NCBI GenBank assembly: GCA_000004985.1
Contig: GG738867.1
Direction: 5' to 3' (one strand)
From: Naegleria gruberi
Lineage: Eukaryota
DNA: 64,000 bases
Below the pieces are notes generated by a model. It was not told the DNA's origin. It did not search any database and worked only from the letters and a program-made list of their open reading frames with translations. Position numbers and translations under genes: made by a program. Positions 45,097 to 54,319 of the stretch are shown piece after piece (the first letter of the stretch is position 1; every line of letters starts with the position of its first letter).

Positions 45097-46455
45097 TTAC
45101 AACTTGCTTGATCTGGCAGGGAAGGGATTGTTTGGAGAAAGGAGTGGATTGCTGGTTGAGTCAACTTTTGGAGATTCCAATAATTCCAAACAGAGTTTCA
45201 AGAGGTGTGGCCAACATTCGTCCTTTCCTTCCTGTTCTCTGAAGAAATTAAAGTGTCCAATCTTTTTGGCCACCTTTCCATGGATATAGTACATTCTCTT
45301 TTGATTTCCTCCAAATGATTTGATATCTGGTTCGTCATTTTGGAAAGTAATTCGTTTCTTGGTGATGTTTGTTGATTTTCCATTCAAATGTTGGAGTTTC
45401 AGATTTGAGATAAATGTTGGATCAGAGATGGATCTTAATAGCCACAAACTAGCTTGAAATGGAGCATAGAAATCATTCTCAATCACATAGGCAATCATTG
45501 CCTTATTTTGTAGAGCCCAAGAGGGATGTTTAGGATTGATTTTTGCTTCCTCAATTCCAAAATATTCGAAAATATAATTTGTGTTACATCTTCCGGCTGA
45601 GTACCAATCGGTGACCAATTGATTGGCTACATTAATAGGTGGAGTTTCCATTCGATAGAGTGTAGTCATGGTTGGTAGCATGATGTACCAATAAACATAG
45701 AGCAAGAGTCGTGGAATGATCCATGGCCAATGCTGAGCCACACCACTCTGTGAAGCAATCATGATAGTTCCCTTAAATTTACACAAATATTCATTTGGAC
45801 AATAGGCCAATACCTGCCCACCAATTGAATGAGCAATATATACAAATTCATTAATTGGTTTCACTCCATTAACACACTCTCCTCTCAATTTAACATCCAA
45901 ATTATTGCTTTCACATTTCAATAATTTATCCAATGATGAATTTTCCAAATAATCCATCACAGCAGGTAAATCAAATCTTCCCCAATTTACAATCGTTACA
46001 AATTTCTTTTGAATTTCCAAGAATATTTCCCTCTCACTCTTTCCTTCATCAAACTTGACACCATCAATTGAATCTTTTGTAATTCTCGATTTGAAACATC
46101 CTCTAAAATCAAAACTCATTACAATACATTTAGTATTCAAACATAAAAACCTGGCAAATTCTCTATAAAATCGAGATGGTACTCCCATCGCTGATCCTAT
46201 CACAATAGCACACTCTCTCAAATTATCATCTAGTATTATAACTTCTCTCAATGATGATGATGCAGATTTTGTATTTTCCTTTTCGTTATTAGCATTGATT
46301 GAAGTATTTTCCGATGATGAAATTTTCCTAAGGATCGGAAAAAAAATTGTTCCTGAGAGTTTGTATGAATCTCTGGTAATGATTTGGTGATGGCATTCGA
46401 GACAATCCACAGTGGTAGTTGGGAGTGAGGTGGAATCTGTGTCGTGTTGTGACAT
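45097..46455 (-). CDS. Alpha/beta-hydrolase fold serine hydrolase with C-terminal PTS1 (-SKL), paralogue of 30158..31200.
   Basis: AHSIGGQ nucleophile elbow. Shared blocks with the paralogue: GVPSRFYREFARFLC, HWPWII/HWPLI, DWYSAGRC and KIGHFNFFREQEGKDECWPHLL. Ends ...ARSSKL*. Confidence 0.7.
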   Translation of the reverse strand: MSQHDTDSTSLPTTTVDCLECHHQIITRDSYKLSGTIFFPILRKISSSENTSINANNEKENTKSASSSLREVIILDDNLRECAIVIGSAMGVPSRFYREFARFLCLNTKCIVMSFDFRGCFKSRITKDSIDGVKFDEGKSEREIFLEIQKKFVTIVNWGRFDLPAVMDYLENSSLDKLLKCESNNLDVKLRGECVNGVKPINEFVYIAHSIGGQVLAYCPNEYLCKFKGTIMIASQSGVAQHWPWIIPRLLLYVYWYIMLPTMTTLYRMETPPINVANQLVTDWYSAGRCNTNYIFEYFGIEEAKINPKHPSWALQNKAMIAYVIENDFYAPFQASLWLLRSISDPTFISNLKLQHLNGKSTNITKKRITFQNDEPDIKSFGGNQKRMYYIHGKVAKKIGHFNFFREQEGKDECWPHLLKLCLELLESPKVDSTSNPLLSPNNPFPARSSKL

Positions 46456-46596
46456 TTTTTTTAAATTTGTTATATTTAAATATTTATTAAATACTTTACA
46501 AAAGAAGTTTTTGATTAAAGATTTGTTGATTCAGTTTACTGTATCAGGTCTAAAAAGTCAGAGAACCCAAATGTAAAATAAAGTGTGTAAAAAATT

Positions 46597-46677
46597 CGCG
46601 GTCTACAGGATTCGAACCTGTGCGGGTCGCCCCAATTGATTTCTAGTCAATCACCTTAACCACTCGGTCAAGACCGC
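46597..46677 (-). tRNA. tRNA-Ser: tRNA-Ser (anticodon AGA).
   Basis: Reverse complement folds as follows. Acceptor GCGGTCT pairs with AGACCGC, discriminator G. Anticodon loop CTAGAAA. Long variable arm. T-arm CAGG-TTCGAAT-CCTG. 3' T-run. Confidence 0.9.
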
Positions 46678-47881
46678 TTGTTGTTCAATACATTTATTAT
46701 ACCCAATTATTTCTTTATTACAATACAGCTTAATTAACCTTAACTCAATCAAGATCAGTCAAAACAATTCAAGTTCGACAATAGACCTCGCATAAGCGCC
46801 ACCACGACTGCATGAAACTCATGTTCTTGACCACTACCTTTCAATAGTAGTCATTCGCATACCATATATACTTAAATTTTGATCTAAAACCATTGATGAC
46901 TTCATGCATTTTATTCCTTTAGTTAATTACGGAATGTGACCCGATCGAATTGGCAATTAGAACAACCAAATGCTTAACTAGAATCAATGCATCAACACCT
47001 TTCTCATTGAGTGTGTTGTACTTTCAACACCAATTGCATCATCATTCATGTGTTGGTTTTCTAGGTGGAAATCAGTTCACAATCAACAAGATTAAATTTA
47101 CTCAGTGTTCCTGCAAAGTAATAATATCTTTTGTGAGATATTATTCCTCTCAACACAATAAACCAAACTAATTCATTTCACTCCAAACAAAGTATCTCAA
47201 TACCAACACAATATTCTGAAACTGCACTTTATTTTACGCTCCTTCACAATTGGTAAACAAACACAAAGAATAGAAAAAGGGTATTTGTCAAATTTCAACT
47301 CTATACAGTTAATAAATTACACATGTGGGAAAAAATTTAGTTAAAATATCCACCGAATGTTTCGGACTTACATGTTGAATCCAAAAACACAATCTTATCG
47401 ATCTGTCAATGATTGTTTACAAAATGTTATAACTTGTTTGGATTGAAATTCATATAACGCAACTTTGAATGTTAAACTTTATCTCAATGTGTTGAGGAGT
47501 GTGGAATAAACCTGTCGAATGTTATGAGAGGAGTGGCGGCTCTACATACCAAACTAAATGTTATTGACCAATTTTTAGTCGATTCTTTTTTAAAACAAAT
47601 AAAACCACATCAGCTAGCATAGAATAGTTTCGTCTAGAGAATAGTCCAAATTCATAGCTAGAGTACTCTGAAGAGTAATACCAAATTGGATGGATAAACC
47701 TCATCGTCATCATCATCAGTTTCCAGTATCAGTACAACATTAATAGTAGGAATTAGAATATTTACTGTCAGCATCCAACTGTTTCAATGAAGATTAATCT
47801 TTGCAAAAATTACAAAATTTAATATCCATCTACATATTTCAATAATCGCACTGTAAAACAAGACATCTTTTGCTATCATAG

Positions 47882-49501
47882 ATGGATGGAGGTAACCATT
47901 CTCGTAACAATAATGAGAGTATTATTCGAAACTCTCATTCGAATAACATGCTTGATGTTCAGTCCTCTTTACAAGATTCAAAAACAATACATGAATTATC
48001 ATCAGCAACAACACCACAACAACAATTATTTGGAAAAGGTTCCTCTTCTTCTACCAGTTTAGTCTTACCATTGACTGGACTAAACCTTTCCAATAACAAT
48101 ACTACTAGTAATTCTATTAATATTAATAATAATAATACCAATGGTCTGTCTTCTAATAGTAGCAGACAATATGTATCAGATACAACAAGTGTACAAACTA
48201 ATAATCGATCAGATTCGTCCAATAGGAATCGAATAGGATTAGTGGATTACACAATGTCAGATTCTAAAGATGACGATACTCATCTATTGATGCTACAACA
48301 TTCCACTAATAATAATACTAATCCTCAACAAGTTTCGTCTATCCTTTCGAATACAACATCAACAGCTTATCAGCAACAAGTCTTTCACTCTACTGCACCA
48401 ACACAACTGCATGGCAACAACACAGGACACAACAAGATTTTATCATCGAATAACGATTCTTCCATAATATTACCCAACGTTTCGTCCCAACTTTCGAATA
48501 GCAACATGTTTGTTTCTTGCATAAACAAATCAGCAAATTCTGTCCATTTTAATAACAACCAGTCAATGTCTAACATGCAATCTGATACAATGGAGGCATC
48601 AGAAGGAATTTTCATGCCAAACTCGCAAAACTCTAGGAATAGTACAACAACAGGATTGGTTTCGAATAACTCCACGATGATGCATGTAGCATTCTCAACT
48701 CAAAAAAACATGCAAAATGGTCAACCAACATGCTCCTCATCATCGTCATTGGAAAATCAACATCAACCACAACATGCATTACAACAAACGAATGTTGGTA
48801 TAAACTCGACTAATCCAAACTATCAATTCCTAATTAATCAAATGCAACAAACACCATCATCATCATCATCATCCATGAGAATGCTTCCAAATGCAACATT
48901 GAACATGCAATTGAATGCGAACATTTCATCATCTCTACAAATGGTAAACAATCAGACGACGACGACAACAAACTTTTCAAATTCTTCTTCCAACATTCAA
49001 AACATTCCAACGACATTTAATTCAATGATTGTGGAATATCAGACAATGCCACTTTCTGTCAGTAATCAAACAAATCAATTGACATCCATTGGAATGCATG
49101 ATGAAACCATGTTGAAATTGGATTTGGAAGATTTTGTGAATACGTTACATAGTGAGGAATATAGAGTCTATATGGATATGAATAATCTCGTTTCGAATAG
49201 TTACCATTCGAATAGTATTGTAGTGAATCATCCTTCACAACAACATCCTTTAACGTCATCTTCTAATTTACCTCAACAACAAATATCATCACTACATGTA
49301 AATCCACCTCCTAATTTTGTCCCTTCTTCCAATTTATTGAATAATCCCAACCTTTCGAATATTGCAAACAACAATTTGCATATTATCTCTTCTCAACAAC
49401 AGCAATTGCAACCAATCAACATTAACAACATGCAAAGAGTTGTTTCTCTAAATCTAGGTTCCTCCTCTTTAAATCCTACTTCCCATTTCCCATTCGAATA
49501 A
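47882..49501 (+). CDS. Low-complexity Asn/Ser/Thr/Gln-rich nuclear-type protein.
   Basis: 539-aa ORF dominated by N/S/T/Q tracts. One short, more complex patch: ETMLKLDLEDFVNTLHSEEYRVYMDMNN. Confidence 0.4.
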   Translation: MDGGNHSRNNNESIIRNSHSNNMLDVQSSLQDSKTIHELSSATTPQQQLFGKGSSSSTSLVLPLTGLNLSNNNTTSNSININNNNTNGLSSNSSRQYVSDTTSVQTNNRSDSSNRNRIGLVDYTMSDSKDDDTHLLMLQHSTNNNTNPQQVSSILSNTTSTAYQQQVFHSTAPTQLHGNNTGHNKILSSNNDSSIILPNVSSQLSNSNMFVSCINKSANSVHFNNNQSMSNMQSDTMEASEGIFMPNSQNSRNSTTTGLVSNNSTMMHVAFSTQKNMQNGQPTCSSSSSLENQHQPQHALQQTNVGINSTNPNYQFLINQMQQTPSSSSSSMRMLPNATLNMQLNANISSSLQMVNNQTTTTTNFSNSSSNIQNIPTTFNSMIVEYQTMPLSVSNQTNQLTSIGMHDETMLKLDLEDFVNTLHSEEYRVYMDMNNLVSNSYHSNSIVVNHPSQQHPLTSSSNLPQQQISSLHVNPPPNFVPSSNLLNNPNLSNIANNNLHIISSQQQQLQPININNMQRVVSLNLGSSSLNPTSHFPFE

Positions 49502-49574
49502 TAATCAACCTAATATTATTCATCAACCAATTACACCAGCAACCATTGTAAAAATCATCCCAATATCTTCAACA

Positions 49575-50012
49575 ATGAGTAGTAGTAATCAACCAACTCT
49601 CACACCACAACTTGTTTCCAATATTTCCACCACAACTCAAAAGATTATTCCACCACCACCACCAACAAGTGTAAATATTGGAAACAATGCAAATGTTGAT
49701 ACACCCAGAGAATATGTCATTCACGAAAATGAATATGACAGAAAAAAGACTCCAAAATCCAAAAAGAGGCAATCAATTGACTATTGCAATCAAAAGAAGA
49801 TGGAATTTAAGATGGAAATTTCAACAAAGCATCCTCAACCGAATCCTGTGCAAGTAGTTGTTACCTCGTCATCTTCAGTAAGCACACCACAAAGTAATAC
49901 AACACCAACAACAAATTCTTCAAGTATAATGATGGGTCAATATGTCAACAACAACAATAATTCATTTTACAATGAACCACAAATGGATGAGAATCCTGAA
50001 GAAAATAAATGA
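49575..50012 (+). CDS. Low-complexity protein. It may be a downstream exon of, or a frameshifted continuation of, 47882..49501.
   Basis: Same strand and same composition, 73 nt downstream in a different frame. Contains basic KKTPKSKKRQSIDY. Confidence 0.3.
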   Translation: MSSSNQPTLTPQLVSNISTTTQKIIPPPPPTSVNIGNNANVDTPREYVIHENEYDRKKTPKSKKRQSIDYCNQKKMEFKMEISTKHPQPNPVQVVVTSSSSVSTPQSNTTPTTNSSSIMMGQYVNNNNNSFYNEPQMDENPEENK

Positions 50013-50269
50013 TTTTAAAAGGTGGTGTGTGAAATTCATTATTTGGACCATTGAATTATTGAACCAATTTGTAAAGTGGAGAAATAATGGAAAGTCAATT
50101 GCATTTATGTCAGTAAATAGAGGCAATGGTGCAACATTGCAAATCTGACTAATGATCCTTCCGGATGAAAATTTAAAGTATCTTCCAAATAATAATTCAA
50201 CAATTGTAATCAAGTAAAAAACACTGGACGAATTTGTGAATTTATATTAAGCCAATAGATAAAATGAAG

Positions 50270-50340
50270 TGCATTAGCCGGGAGTCGAACCCGGGTCACC
50301 AGCTTGGAAGGCTGGTATGATACCGTTACACTACTAATGC
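50270..50340 (-). tRNA. tRNA-Gly: tRNA-Gly (anticodon UCC).
   Basis: Reverse complement is GCATTAGTAGTGTAACGGTATCATACCAGCCTTCCAAGCTGGTGACCCGGGTTCGACTCCCGGCTAATGCA. The acceptor stem is perfectly paired and the anticodon loop is CTTCCAA. Confidence 0.9.
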
Positions 50341-50581
50341 TTCTTGCTAACAATTTTCAAAATATGGATTTTAAAAACTGCACTTCTTACGAATTTGGAA
50401 TGTTTGTTGAGCATTCTAATTTCTGTCAAAAGTTCGGTTGTAGGCTTACTCTTTGTGATTATGTTTGTTTCATTGTATACGAAATAACTTGGATACTACA
50501 AATAGGCTAAATATGACACAACCTTATCCTACCATTTGTGGAACAGAAATCATCGATTTAACGAACAGATTGGCCTAGCAA

Positions 50582-51568
50582 ATGTCATCTCCATTCAAAA
50601 AAATGAAACAATTAACATTTAAACTATTGATCTGTGCACTCTTTATTCTCTATTGTAGTTGCTCCATGGCTATGGCTGGTCGTGGTAGTGGAGGAAGCTC
50701 AGGTAGAAGTTCTGGAAGTAGTGGTGGTTCTAGAAGTGCTGCCTCAAGAACTACCAGATCAGCTAGTTCTGCTCCAGGGAGAAAGTCAACTACCAAGTCA
50801 AGATCTGGAACTGCAGCTAAAAAGTCCACCAAGCCATCTAAAAAAACAAGAACAACAAAACTGGTCAAAGGAGATGCACTCACTACAGGAAAATCAACAG
50901 TGGTTGTGAAGAAGGGTGACACTGTGAGTGAAATTGCATATAAACTTGCCAAGGAGCGTAATATTCCTTTCAAGGAAATGTATAAGGCAGTATATGAAGC
51001 CAACAGTAAATTACTTGGAGATAGAACTCAATTGTTTAACAAGTATGGTGCCAAGATGAGATTGCATGGTAAATTGGGTGATTTCAAGTTTAGAGATGCT
51101 ATCAAACCAGGTGATGTTTTGAATTTACCAACTTTGGGATTGAAACCAGAAAATCCAAATGGTGACAAACCTGGCAAGGGAGATCAACCAAATAATGGTG
51201 ATAAGCCTAGCAATGATAAGCCAAGCAACAACGTTGATCAGCCAAGTAATGCTGATAAACCAGACAATGGAAACAAACCAGATATTGCTCAGCCTGACAA
51301 TGGCAAGCCAGAAATCATTCCTGAAAAACCAAACAATGGTAACACTCCAGATAGTGGAAATATTCCACCTCACAGAGGTATTCCACCAATCATTGATGTT
51401 ACTCCAAAGATACCAATCTCATATCCAAAGAATCCAACTCCAATCAAACCACTTCCTATCAATAACAATGGTAAGAAACTGGTTCTCAGACATGCTAGAC
51501 TCAGAGGAAGAGGGGTTTTCATTAAGGTCAATGTTAACATTAATGGTCAACCAAATAAACTAGATTAG
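50582..51568 (+). CDS. Secreted LysM-domain protein with a Gly/Ser-rich linker and Pro/Asn/Asp-rich repeats.
   Basis: Signal peptide MKQLTFKLLICALFILYCSCSMA. LysM-like block VVKKGDTVSEIAYKLAKERNIPFKEMYKAVYEAN...IKPGDVLNLP. C-terminal reiterated NGDKP / SNDKP / DNGKP repeats. Confidence 0.6.
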   Translation: MSSPFKKMKQLTFKLLICALFILYCSCSMAMAGRGSGGSSGRSSGSSGGSRSAASRTTRSASSAPGRKSTTKSRSGTAAKKSTKPSKKTRTTKLVKGDALTTGKSTVVVKKGDTVSEIAYKLAKERNIPFKEMYKAVYEANSKLLGDRTQLFNKYGAKMRLHGKLGDFKFRDAIKPGDVLNLPTLGLKPENPNGDKPGKGDQPNNGDKPSNDKPSNNVDQPSNADKPDNGNKPDIAQPDNGKPEIIPEKPNNGNTPDSGNIPPHRGIPPIIDVTPKIPISYPKNPTPIKPLPINNNGKKLVLRHARLRGRGVFIKVNVNINGQPNKLD

Positions 51569-51752
51569 TTTTATTGAAATCTAACACTTATATGTCGTAT
51601 TGTAAATATTTTGAAGTAGGAGCAGAGTTGAAAACATAATATTGTTCCTGCTGCCATACTTGAGCTGAAATTCAATAGAGTTAGATGTTGTTGACTAAGC
51701 ACCGATTCTAGGAAGAATATCAGCATTACTGTATCTGTGACAATTTGAAAGG

Positions 51753-53330
51753 TCAATAAAATCTTCTGAACTTGGAAGGAGGAGCAATCATCCCTCCTCC
51801 ACCGAAGAAATGTGAATGTTGGAGGAATGTGACAGGAATATTCCCATCTTCTCTAATTCTTTTGAATTGTATCGTTTGTTCAGTGTTATGTAGCCCTCTA
51901 ACAGAAACGGTTTGATTTGTAACACTTTGAATATATTGAGCTTTCTTTTCTTCCAATTTTTTCTTATATGCATCCTTTTCATTTGTTGGCAGCTCTTTCC
52001 ACATTTTGCTAACCATTGACACAATCTCTTTTCTGGATTTATCTGGATTTTCTATAAGCATTTTTGGCTTGACAATATTGGTATAATAACTGTAAGCTGT
52101 TTTTTCTGGTTGCTCTATATTTCTGATTTTCTGCCCTTGACTAATTTCGAACATTCGATTCATTATTATGAACATGTCTTCTAGCATTAATGAAATGTCT
52201 TGAGTAATTTCTTTTTCATTGAAACAAGTATTAATATAATGAGTTGTTGAGTCAGTACTGACTGTGGCAGTTGTCAAACCATTTAACAGAGTTTCATTAG
52301 GAGTGGCATTATTATAAAATAATACATTTCCATCATCTTTGAAAATGATGACATTTTCGTAGATTTCTCCAAATATATAATTCTGTGAATCTCTAAACAT
52401 GTTGTATAATTTTGCCTTTCTCAAATTACAACTAACTTCATTATGTTGATAATAGGGAATATAATTTAAACATCTATGAATATTTGAAATAAGTGTTTCC
52501 TTACAACCACTGGTTTGAATTGCCCTTAAACCTGATTCACATAATTCTGATTCCAATTGTTGTAAATCACCTCCAGGGAAGTATTCCTTGTAAGAATTCA
52601 TTAAATCTTCCATTTTAGTCTTGACTTTAAAATTATATCCTTCATAGACAACTAATGCACCACGTAAAATACTCAATAATTGGAAAAAGTTATCAGTAAA
52701 GTTTAGATTAGGATATATCGACAAGTAAGCTCTCCTAATGGCTCTCATGGCAATTTGATTCAAAGTTGCTTGATCCTTAGCATTACTTTTCAAATGCTTC
52801 ATGAAACTTGTACAAGGACTGTCCTCTCCCGTCATTATATAATATTCATCATCAGAAATATCATCATCATCATCTCGGATTCTAAATACAACATGGTTAT
52901 CAGAAAATGTCTTCAAATGAGCTTCTTCATCTTCTTCATCTGAATCGAAATCATCATAATCATTCGTGAATGTATTCAAGCCTTCATCCATAGCAAAATC
53001 CATGTATGGATTAAAGTTGTATCTATTCCTTTTCTTCCTCTTCTCGGGCCGAGTTACTGCAGCTACAATACCTGCATCAGGTGCAAAAGGTAATACAGTA
53101 TCACTACCACCACACAAACAATTTACATAATACAATTTACAAAAACGTTCGGAGAAGAGTAATTCCTTCCACAACTTGTTGACCATCCACAATGGAGCAA
53201 ATTTATAATTCTTTTTTTCTCCTTTACATTCTACAGTATTAAAAAAGACATATTTTGGATGTATAAAGGAAAGTACATTGAGTATGAGTGGTTCTTGTTC
53301 AAACCATTCATAGGAGAGTGAAGAAGACAT
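51753..53330 (-). CDS. HMG-box DNA-binding protein.
   Basis: C-terminal HMG box EKTAYSYYTNIVKPKMLIENPDKSRKEIVSMVSKMWKELPTNEKDAYKKKLEEKKAQY. Preceded by an acidic region (DFDSDEEDEEAH). Confidence 0.6.
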   Translation of the reverse strand: MSSSLSYEWFEQEPLILNVLSFIHPKYVFFNTVECKGEKKNYKFAPLWMVNKLWKELLFSERFCKLYYVNCLCGGSDTVLPFAPDAGIVAAVTRPEKRKKRNRYNFNPYMDFAMDEGLNTFTNDYDDFDSDEEDEEAHLKTFSDNHVVFRIRDDDDDISDDEYYIMTGEDSPCTSFMKHLKSNAKDQATLNQIAMRAIRRAYLSIYPNLNFTDNFFQLLSILRGALVVYEGYNFKVKTKMEDLMNSYKEYFPGGDLQQLESELCESGLRAIQTSGCKETLISNIHRCLNYIPYYQHNEVSCNLRKAKLYNMFRDSQNYIFGEIYENVIIFKDDGNVLFYNNATPNETLLNGLTTATVSTDSTTHYINTCFNEKEITQDISLMLEDMFIIMNRMFEISQGQKIRNIEQPEKTAYSYYTNIVKPKMLIENPDKSRKEIVSMVSKMWKELPTNEKDAYKKKLEEKKAQYIQSVTNQTVSVRGLHNTEQTIQFKRIREDGNIPVTFLQHSHFFGGGGMIAPPSKFRRFY

Positions 53331-53472
53331 TTTTTTTCAATATTTATTTTTAATAAGAAAAATTTCAATTCATTTGCTTATATTCTTAAATCAATTTGCT
53401 TAATCGATTGTAAATAAGCATATTCGATGCACTTTTCCTCATGTTTGCTTTTGATAAAATTAAAATTTCAGA

Positions 53473-53553
53473 CGCAGACTGCAGGATTCGAACCTACGAA
53501 GGTTTCCCCAACAGATTTCAAGTCTGTCGCCTTAACCACTCGGCCAAGAATGA
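53473..53553 (-). tRNA. tRNA-Ser (UGA)-like copy with a degenerate 5' acceptor strand. Probable tRNA pseudogene or duplication breakpoint.
   Basis: Positions 8-81 are identical to the Ser-UGA gene at 29945, including the 3' flank TCTGAAATTTT. The first 7 nt read TCATTCT rather than GCAGACT, so only 4 of 7 acceptor pairs can form. Confidence 0.5.
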
Positions 53554-53647
53554 TAAAGAATAAGTAGAATTTATGAAAGAAAACCAATAGTGTGCATTTT
53601 GTAAAGTGTTCAGCCTTACTGTTCAGCACTATCTTTTCCAAAAAAAA

Positions 53648-54193
53648 ATGTCCAACGATCAATTTTTTGATGAGGATGAAATTTTGCAAAGTCTCTTTAC
53701 CAAATATCATGAAATAACATCATCATATGGAAATGGAACACTCTATCTCGGAAATCAGAGTAGTGTTGGTGCCTTTCCCGATAAATGGAATTATTCCGAG
53801 AAGGATTACCAACAAGTATTGTTAGAATTACAATCACTGAATATAAAATCAATTGTTTGTTGTGCTGATGGCTTGGCAATATTTCCTAATGAATTTGAAT
53901 ATTATCAAGTTGATGCAAGGGATTCTCCATCTTTTGATTATTTACCTATAATTGATGGAGCAGTTGAATTCATTAAAAGAAAACTCAATGAGGGATCTTC
54001 TGTGATCGTTCATTGCAATGCTGGAGTTTCCAGGAGTGCTACAATTGTGGTTGCATTCCTGATGAAAGTAGCCAAAATACCACTAGAGCAGGCTATTAGA
54101 ATGGTTAGGGAGAAGAGGAAATGTATTGATATCTCAAATTTCAAATCTCAATTAGTTCAATATGAAAATCAATTAAAGTTACTTGGAATGTAA
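53648..54193 (+). CDS. Dual-specificity protein phosphatase (DUSP).
   Basis: Catalytic loop VIVHCNAGVSRSAT (HCxxGxxRS). 182 aa from Met 53648. Confidence 0.75.
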   Translation: MSNDQFFDEDEILQSLFTKYHEITSSYGNGTLYLGNQSSVGAFPDKWNYSEKDYQQVLLELQSLNIKSIVCCADGLAIFPNEFEYYQVDARDSPSFDYLPIIDGAVEFIKRKLNEGSSVIVHCNAGVSRSATIVVAFLMKVAKIPLEQAIRMVREKRKCIDISNFKSQLVQYENQLKLLGM

Positions 54194-54319
54194 TGATCTA
54201 TTATCTCAAAGCAAGATGATTATCTTCCATTGCTAAAATTTTGAACAACTTATCGAGATGTTGAATTTCATGGTTCATGTGTATTTACAACAAGATGAAA
54301 GGGTGACACGGATTTTTGA

